DNA of 64,000 nt, from positions 154,938,001 through 155,002,000 of the forward strand of contig NC_042998.1 in NCBI RefSeq assembly GCF_006345805.1, written 5' to 3'. A program made the position numbers and the translations under genes. The notes under the pieces are model-generated. The model searched no databases. It was not told where the DNA came from and saw only the letters and a list, made by a program, of their open reading frames with translations. This DNA comes from Octopus sinensis (Eukaryota). The stretch's first letter is position 1. Each line of letters starts with the position of its first letter. This document shows, one piece after another, positions 55,958 to 64,000 of the stretch.

Positions 55958-56266
55958 AAATGAGCAATTAAGGAAATTATGATGACATTTATTCTTCGAA
56001 AGGAAGGTTTACACTTATGCTAACAATGAGAGTGATTCAGACAGTCAAACTGATGAAAGTGATGAGGAAAGTAGGGATTTGGTTGAACAAATAAGGTAGT
56101 AGGTAATAGGCTTAAGATATAAGTGAGGTCAAACACTATAACCTTTTCCTATAGGCTGCAGCTATATTAATGTATAGATTATTAGAACCCATCTGTTGAA
56201 ACTGAAGAAATTACATTGTAGAAAATTCGTATTAGCTATCTAAAAAACATTCCTACAAGGTTTGAA

Positions 56267-58449
56267 CTAGATTGAGTCACCCCATTGAAATATTCACATT
56301 ATAATCACCTCGATGGCACAAGCAGTTTGTACCAAACCTTAAAGTCAAAGGTTGACAATAAACTTTACAAACAGCTGAAAGTTGGTACGATCAGAGCTGG
56401 AATTGATGGAGATATCACCAGCCTTTTTATGGTTTGGTAAAAGTACTTTTTCTCCACTGACCATTTTCCAGATGCACTGCAAGCTGTTGAATGGCGGGGT
56501 GTCGTTGGTGAATTGGAAAGCCAAAGATGCACCAGAAAGCCTCGTTGCTACTTATGTACCGTCCCACTTGATAATGCGTCACCTCATCCTGGCAGTATTC
56601 ATGTTAAAGTCCAAACATTGCAGCGTCAGAACCCTTGTTTACATATTTGAAAACATACTTGATGGATTTAACAGAGTTGCAAAACTCAACGTTGATGTGG
56701 GCATTGAAAGTCTTTGACAGGAGTGGGCAGTATGGAACAATCCATCTATTATCAATATTGTGCTGTCCGATAGTTGCTATGAAACCTCGGTCTTCTGGTT
56801 TTCTGCATCTGTATGATGGATACCCATCAGCACCTGTCTGAGTTTCTTGTAGGAACCTCCTTGGAAATCTTTTTGAACATATGCTGTCCTTCAAGTATGG
56901 TGTGTTTATGTTGAATCCACGCCCACATGGACCATGTACCATGTTTGCTTTAACTATTTCATATAGTTCTTTGTCTAAAGCTGGATCAGGAAGCTCTGCA
57001 GAGATTATGTTGTTGATGTCATTGGAATTGATCTTCGCTGAGAGCCAAAGCAGGATATGAGCATGTGGAAGGCCTCTTTTTTGCCACTTGATTGTGTACA
57101 TGTCACATTGTATGGGCCCAAAGACTTGCCCTTTTTGTATGAGCTCCATAAGAGAGATTAACTTCAGATGGAAAACTCAGATGTTGAGATTCCGGTTCGA
57201 ATGTAAGGCAGGTTTGAAAGTGTTCCCAACAGTTATTAGTTGTAGTAGTAGAGTGTTTATGCCGAATATGTACGTATGCAAGTATATGTATGTATGTATG
57301 CCTGTATAAATGTACAAAATCCACTGAGAAGGCTTTTGTTGGTCTGAGGCTACAGCAGAAGACACATGCCAAGTCACCACACAGTGGGACCATGTGTTTG
57401 GAACGTAGTTTGTTACCACACAACCACACCTGCCCCTATGTATGTGTGTGTGTGTGTGCGTATGTGTGGATGGGTAGATATATTATGCATGCATATATGT
57501 GTATATATATATATGTGTACATATTACATATACATCTATAAATATACATCTACACATAAAATATAAAATACAAAGTTATATCTTGATATCGCTAGTGATA
57601 ACAATACTCAAAATATATAACAGACTGGAATTGTAGGCCCGTCTCTTGTAATTTCGATCAATTGGATCTTGTTGTCCCTCTTGTATAGAAGTGTACGGCT
57701 GCAGCGAAATTCAGTTTTGAACTTTCTTCTATCGAAGGCATTTTAACAAAAATGTTTCCATAAAGACGGTGAAAATATTGTCAATTTCCCCAAACAGGGA
57801 CAAAATTCAATTTTTACACAATAACCCCTTCTATGAAAGAGGGAGGGTTATGGTTTACAATTATTTAACAAATGCAACACAACAACGTTTCCCTGACGAG
57901 GAACCAACAGACGTGATAACAATAGTCAAACAGTAATAATAATAACAACAAACCTTTTTAATTTATCCCCATTAATGTGAAACCACTTATTCAAGTTCAA
58001 GTCATTGATGCAATTTTATATGAATTGCTAATACACACACACACACACATAATAAGGGTGAAAAATTGAATATTAATTTGGTTAATATGAATTGAAAACC
58101 AGTGGTGTAGCATATAAGACCATAGCGGATCTTCTTCTAGCAAAAAGGATGACCACTATTAATGGTTCATCCCTGTTATATAATACTTTCACTTTAATAG
58201 TTTCAGTATTAAAATGAAAGTGTCTGCATTACAAAAGAGAGATGTTTTTGTTTCACTTTTAACATGTAATACTGAAATAGTGGAGAAGATATGATATTGC
58301 TGTGAGGTCGCCCTAGGGAAAAAGTTAAGATGACACTCCCCGGACCTTAAGTAAGGCATGTGTAAAATTTGAATGAAATTGGTTGTGTAGTTCTCGAGTT
58401 TTAGGGAAACACACAGACAGGCAGACATTCTCAGTTTTATATATATAGA
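56267..58449 (-). mobile_element. internally deleted Helitron with a nested SINE fragment (57290-57440)
   Basis: 5' end TCTATATATATAAAACTGAGAATGTCTGCCTGTCTG at 58449, Rep domain ORF, and a candidate 3' CTAG-T at 56270-56266. Boundaries are tentative. Confidence 0.7.
56604..57149 (-). pseudogene. Helitron Rep (HUH) domain fragment
   Basis: WQKRGLPHAHILLW (HUH motif), MVHGPCG, YPSYRCR, NRWIVPYCPLL, HINVEFC, SIKYVFKYVNKG (catalytic Tyr motif). No helicase is present. Confidence 0.9.
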
Positions 58450-58724
58450 AATAATATGAAAAACAAACCTGAAGGCTGTCAATTACAGAGAAGAGCGAAA
58501 CACATTGGTCTTTTAAATAAAAACTATAATTATATAATATTTATATAATAATATATGCTCCATTTAAAGTGACTAAACCTAAACAATTGACTGAAAAAAA
58601 GATGGGCTGGACCATTGGGAATTAAACATGACATGGCTCTGTACGCACCCAATTCAGCCACATAGCCCACCCATCAATTTCAGCTGATATTAATGTATAG
58701 ATAATTTTAGTCTAGTATTTAATC

Positions 58725-60790
58725 ATCATTATCATTGTCACTTAATGTCTGCTTTCCATGCTGGCATGGGTTGGACGGTTTGACTGAGGGCTAGCAAACC
58801 AGAAGGCTGTACCAGGCTCCAATCTGATCTGGTAAAGTTTCTATAGCTGGATGCCCTTCCTAACGCCAACCACTCCGAAAGTGTAGTGGGTGCTTTTTAC
58901 ATGTCAGTGGCATGAGGGCCAGTCAGGTGGTACTGGCATCAACCATGTTTGAATGGTGTTTTTTTTTATGTGCCACCAGCATGGGATCAGTCAGCCGACA
59001 CTGGCATCGACTATACTCAAATGGTGCTTTTTATGTGCCACCATCAGGCAGCACTAGTAATGATCACACTCGAATGGTGCTTTTTATGTGCCACCATCAT
59101 GTGTACCAATCAGGCGGTATGTCTTCACAAGTGCAGTTTATTGCCCAATGATTGAAGGCTACCCTTAAATGGGCCGGTTATGCTGCACAGGTATAAGCCA
59201 CGGCTACAATTTCATTTGGCTTGCCAGGTCTTGTCAAGCACAGCATATCTCCAAAGGTCTCAGTCCCTTGTCATTGCCTCCATCAGGCTCAACATTCGAA
59301 GGTTGTAATTCACCACTTCATCCTAGGTCTACCTCTTCTACAGGTTGCCTCTACTGCTAGAGTATGACACTTTTTCACACAGCTGACCTCATTCATATGC
59401 AACACATGACCATACTAGTGCAGTTGTCTCTCTTGCACACCACATCTGATGCTTCTTATGTCCAACTCTTCTTTCAGGGTACTCACACTCTGTTGTGTAT
59501 GCACACTAACATTACACGTCTAGCAGACCATACTAGCTTCATTCCTTGCAAGCTTACGCATGCCCTCAGTAGTCACAGCCCATGTTTCACTGCCATGTAG
59601 CATGGCTGTTCACACACATGCGTCATACAGTCTACCTTTTACTCTGAGCAAGAGACCCTTTGTCACCTCTGTAATTATTCATATCTAATGCATCACCCTT
59701 ACCTTTGTAGTAGTTGACTATGGTGCTGCTATACCAGTCATTTGGTATGACTCCTTCATATACCTCCTGATTGACTATATGGTTGACTAGGCTATAGCCG
59801 ACACTGCCAGATATTTTATGTATCTCTGCAGTGATTCCTGATGGGCTGGAGGCTTTCCTGTCTTCATACCCTTAATTGCTTACCAAGGTACTGTCAATTT
59901 GGATAGCTGGTCCCCCTGTTGGATCAACATTCGGCAGACTCTCTTTCTGCCATTAATTCTCTTCATTTAGCAACTCTCTCACACACTGTCTTGCAACACA
60001 AAACACTTCAAGTCTTTGGTCCTCACAATGCAGAACATTGGCAAATGAAACAATTCCCTGCTACCACTATTCTTCCAGCCCTGCCACGCCTGTTTCTTTT
60101 CCCTAATGACCCTGTCAGCTAAATTGTTCCACAACCATGTTACCTTGGGTCGAGAGGGGACTTTGTACCATCCACAGATCTGGTCAGTAGCCTTCAACAA
60201 GTTATCTCGCAGGAACCTCCAGTTGTCTTCCACATCATGTGATGCTATATCCTTCTCTATTTTGTCAATAGCTTTGAGTAATACATCTCTAAATCCCTGT
60301 CCAGTCACAGGATCCTTAAGCTTCCAGACCCTTCTTCTCCTTGCTGGTCATCTGGGCATCCATTTAGCCCTGATCCTGAAGTCGTTAACTACTAATCTAT
60401 GTTGTGGAGTGTATTCTTCACCTGGGAAGGTTTTAGCATTTATAAGTAGCCATTTTTCCCGTTTCCAGGTGAGGATGTAATCAATTTGACTAGTGTGTCC
60501 ACCAGATCGGTAGGTGAACAGTATTACAAACCATTATAAGATCACTTGCATCGCAGAACTTCAGCAGCCTGGTTCCCTCCTCATTGTGAGAATCAAAACC
60601 ATAGCCTCCATGTATGCCATGGAAACGTCTGCATGTTGTCCAACATGCCCATTGAAGTTGCCAGCTACAAAGAGATCTCTGTAATTCATCGACGAGGTAG
60701 TCTGCAAGAGGGTGTCATAAAATCAGTCTTTCTGTCTATCAGCCCGCCCTGGCTGAGTGGCATAAGCCAAGATAATGGTTGCTAACCCAT
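58725..60790 (-). mobile_element. RTE LINE with large internal deletions (endonuclease part, RT start, 3' UTR)
   Basis: (CAT)-like tail at 58725 and RTE 3' UTR. Minus strand shows endonuclease-like motifs (FVAGNFNGHVG, QIDYIL) and the post-endonuclease region. Confidence 0.8.
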
Positions 60791-61935
60791 GTTGCAGCAC
60801 TAATCTAATCTTAAGTATTCTATCACAGACTGACTATCTCAATTACCTTATCAACCCATTTCTTCACAAGAAGTATACCCACGCCCCCGACCCCGTCAAT
60901 GTTCCCTACCCAGAACATTTTTACCTCTGTTCTTTGCTTGTGAGGAACCTAGCAGAACTTCCTCTCCACAGTGAATATAATAATGAAGTAAATATATAAA
61001 TTTATATAAATAAGGATAAGATTGTTATTTAAAATACTGATCATATCAAGTGGCTAGCATGGGAATAAAAACCTCATAGGTAATAATTATTATTAAAATT
61101 ATAATTAAGGGTATCTAAAAGATACCACCATGCTAGATATACAGCACAAATCTACACGTCTCTGTTCAAGCATCTCAACAATCTCACCAGACCTACCTTT
61201 CAGTGTACCAACATTAAGTGTACCAACTCTGAGGGTTTGGGAGGTGTGGGTCTGGAAGACCCTGGGATGGGGGACAGCAGCATCATGTACCTAAAAAGAA
61301 AGTTCACTTTGGCAGAATTCATAAACATACAATAGCCTTCAGCCTGCATACACTACACCATCATTTTATGTTACATAATCACTACATTACATAGGAGATA
61401 AACCCTAAGTAGGGATGGGGGAACATTAAGCTTTTGGAGGTGTTCATGGGAGAGACATCCAGTAGAGACCTCCGGTACAGATGGCGGGAGTGAGAAGGGC
61501 AGGCACACTGCAAAATAGCAAAAAATCAGGCTGTCGGCTTGAGAAGATATTAATGAAAATAATGAGATAGAACTGGGTATCTGTATTCTTAACTAGGGCT
61601 ATAACCAACAGTTTTCAGTCAGCCAAACCGTGACAAAATTAGATAAATGAATGAACAAATGACAATAATAAATGAGCGTGAAAAAGAGGGAGAAAGAGGG
61701 AGAGTTGGATTGAGTGAAGGGATACTCTCTTTTACTCTTTTACCTGTTTCATTCATTTGACTGTGGCCATGCTGGAGCACCACATTTAGTAGAGCAAATT
61801 GACCCCAGGACTTATTCTTTGTAAGCCTAGTACTTATTCTATTGGTCTCTTTTGCAGAACCGCTAAGTTACAGGGACGTAAACACACCAGCATCAGTTGT
61901 CAAGCAATGTTGGGGGGACAAACACAGACAGATAT

Positions 61936-61973
<38 letters not shown>

Positions 61974-62025
61974 TATTGGTGAATTGAAGAAATGGAGCTG
62001 AACGCAGATTGAACAGAAATCGTTT

Positions 62026-62119
62026 TATTTCATTCTACACGTGTTTCGAAAGGCACAATTTACCAAAATCCGATTGAATAATGGGACCATATTGTGTCTT
62101 TCTCTTCAGGAAGAAAATA
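62026..62119 (-). ncRNA. mirror-image hammerhead fold on the minus strand, left arm
   Basis: Reverse complement of 62289-62382. Confidence 0.75.
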
Positions 62120-62288
62120 GGAAATCCGTTGGAAAAAACAAAAACAGAACAGAGGCGGAGCAAAAACAAATTGAATTAGGCTCCTAAGAGCCCATGGCGA
62201 AACTGTTTCGCCATGGGCTCTTAGGAGCCTAGTTCGATTTGTTTTTGCTCCGCCTCTGTTCTGTTTTTGTTTTTTCCAACGGATTTCC

Positions 62289-62382
62289 TATTTTCTTCCT
62301 GAAGAGAAAGACACAATATGGTCCCATTATTCAATCGGATTTTGGTAAATTGTGCCTTTCGAAACACGTGTAGAATGAAATA
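62289..62382 (+). ncRNA. minimal type I hammerhead ribozyme fold, right arm of the palindrome
   Basis: Stem I TATTTTCTTC/GAATGAAATA, CTGAAGA (62299-62305), stem II GAAAGACACAAT/ATTGTGCCTTTC with G10.1-C11.1, GAAA (62361-62364), palindromic stem III ACACGTGT, GUA cleavage after A62372. Confidence 0.78.
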
Positions 62383-63424
62383 AAACGATTTCTGTTCAAT
62401 CTGCGTTCAGCTCCATTTCTTCAATTCACCAATAATATTTTAATTTCAATTATCCGCACCAACGCACGGTTGCAACACCATATGGTTGTACCTCCAACCG
62501 TGCTGTTTACTGCTGTGATTTTTGCTACTAAGGTATCGGTTAAACTTTTGATTAATCTACTACAAGATTATTCATCTTTCTATTTCACATAATATATATA
62601 TATATATATATATATATAAACATATATTGTTATATTTCAGAATGGTCATTTTGCCAGTTTAGCCAATAAAAACACACGCACTATATATTTGGTGTTACTT
62701 TGCTTCAGTGTTATTTTTGTTTATAATTTTAACCTTAAAGGTATTTTGATATGCTGCCACATTTTCTGATGAAATTTTTTTTTCTGTAAAAAAGCTTCAT
62801 CCTATATTAGTAGTATATATATATATATATGTATACATATATACGATGGGCTTCTTTCAGTTTCCATCTACCAAATCCACTCACAAGGCTTTGGTCGGCT
62901 CGAGGCTATAGTAGATGACACTGAGCCCAGAACCATGTGGTTCGTAAGCAAGCTACTTGCCACACAGCCACTCCTACGCCTTAAGGGATCTTAAGTTTTT
63001 TCTCCAAACATACAGCACGGAAGATGAAACTGTGTTTACATAGATAGATAATGAAATGAAATAATAAAGTAATTATAATCTGCACTGAAAAGAGGTTTTA
63101 GTGTGTGCTAGGTCAGAAAACAAGGTTGCCTATCTGAATATCTTCTGGTTCCTACTCCGTGTGGCGAGGTATTAAAATATAAGGTAGAGGAATCTGAATG
63201 AACTAGTTTATATAAAGTGGGGTGGGTGGGGGGAGTGGAGGTTGTGTTAATGAAACTGAGAGAGAGGAAGAGAAAGAGAGAGAGGAAGACCAGAGTTAGG
63301 CTGCTCAAAGACAGAACATGAGGTGATGGAATTTTGGGACTTAGGGTAACATAATTGAATGAATAGGTTTAACATAGCTGCTGCCGGAGTGAAAGAATAG
63401 TAATTCTGATAATGAAATAGAATT

Positions 63425-63950
63425 GGGCACCACAAAACTGCAAAATCTCAGGCTGCTGGTGTGAGAAAATATTAATGAAAACAATGAGATAGAATTGGGC
63501 ATTTGTATTCTTAACTAGAGATATAACCAACAGTTTTCAGTCAGCCAGACTGTGAAAAAATGAGATAAATGAATGAATAAATGAATGGAATTTTATTATG
63601 AGCATGAAAGAGAGGGAGAAACAAACCTGAAGGCTGTAAATTATGGAGAAGAGCAACACACATAGGTCCTTTTTAATGATAACTATAATTATATATTAAA
63701 TCTCTGAGCGAGGTATAAACAGTAGCTGCAACACATAGTGAAGTATATTTGCCACTTAAATGTGCTAACCCCTAAGGGTGGATGCTACTGTAGCTTGTAG
63801 CCCCAGGAGGACACCTCCTCCAGCTGGCTATTGACACACTTTCTGTGCCCTATTATTTATATAATAATATATGCTCCATTTAAAATGACTAAACCCAAAC
63901 AATTGACTGTAAAAAGATGGGCCAAATCACTGGGAATGAAACATGACATC
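63425..63950 (+). repeat. diverged dispersed repeat; left part matches 61500-61700, right part matches 58455-58620
   Basis: Shared strings gtattcttaactag..tataaccaacagttttcagtcagcc and aaacaaacctgaaggctgt...atatgctccatttaaa. Confidence 0.75.
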
Positions 63951-64000
63951 AATGCTTACCTCTTATGCTGTTTCAGTATTACATGTCAAAAATGAAACAA

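Larger units (their letters stand above)
61970..62438. repeat. 469-bp near-perfect palindrome (234-bp arms, 1-nt spacer at 62204)
   Basis: Centre ...gagcccatggcgaaac-t-gtttcgccatgggctc...; arms match out to atattattggtgaattgaag / cttcaattcaccaataatat with two mismatches seen. Confidence 0.95.
61725..62980 (-). mobile_element. tRNA-derived SINE split by insertions into its internal (TA)n
   Basis: 3' half at 61725-61950 and 5' half at ~62840-62980, with about 870 bp of inserted sequence between. Confidence 0.75.

Noticed and set aside
55990-56100. Acidic stretch SDSDSQTDESDEE resembling a piggyBac N-terminus
   Set aside because: It is too short and low-complexity, with no adjoining transposase motifs.
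57885-57925. CTGACGAG motif resembling a hammerhead core
   Set aside because: There is no correctly placed GAAA, stem II or stem I partner.

Overview
Eukaryotic, very AT-rich, repeat-dominated DNA with one 100-N gap. The repeat families (SINEs, RTE LINEs, long (TA)n/(CA)n tracts) look like an octopus or other coleoid cephalopod genome; this is an inference from family resemblance. No intact host gene is present. One convincing 84-nt minus-strand coding exon (52836-52919) suggests much of the window is intronic. Mobile elements include: a mariner relic; two head-to-head CR1-type LINE copies in a TATATTACA satellite, whose ORF1 has a Myb/SANT-like N-terminus and a CCCH finger; a Buster-type hAT with a nested TTAA (piggyBac-like) MITE; several RTE LINE fragments with a PHD finger inside the RT region; a decayed Neptune-type Penelope-like element (PLE) with direct and inverted pLTRs; a deleted Helitron; and many SINEs and MITEs. 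The most striking observation is a set of short non-coding fold-back or inverted-repeat elements carrying minimal type I hammerhead ribozyme folds. These are a 469-bp near-perfect palindrome at 61970-62438, a 633-bp element with terminal inverted repeats at 47886-48518, and a tRNA-headed fold-back at about 51030-51390. They may be non-autonomous, ribozyme-bearing passengers of Penelope-like retroelements. All calls were made by eye without database searches.
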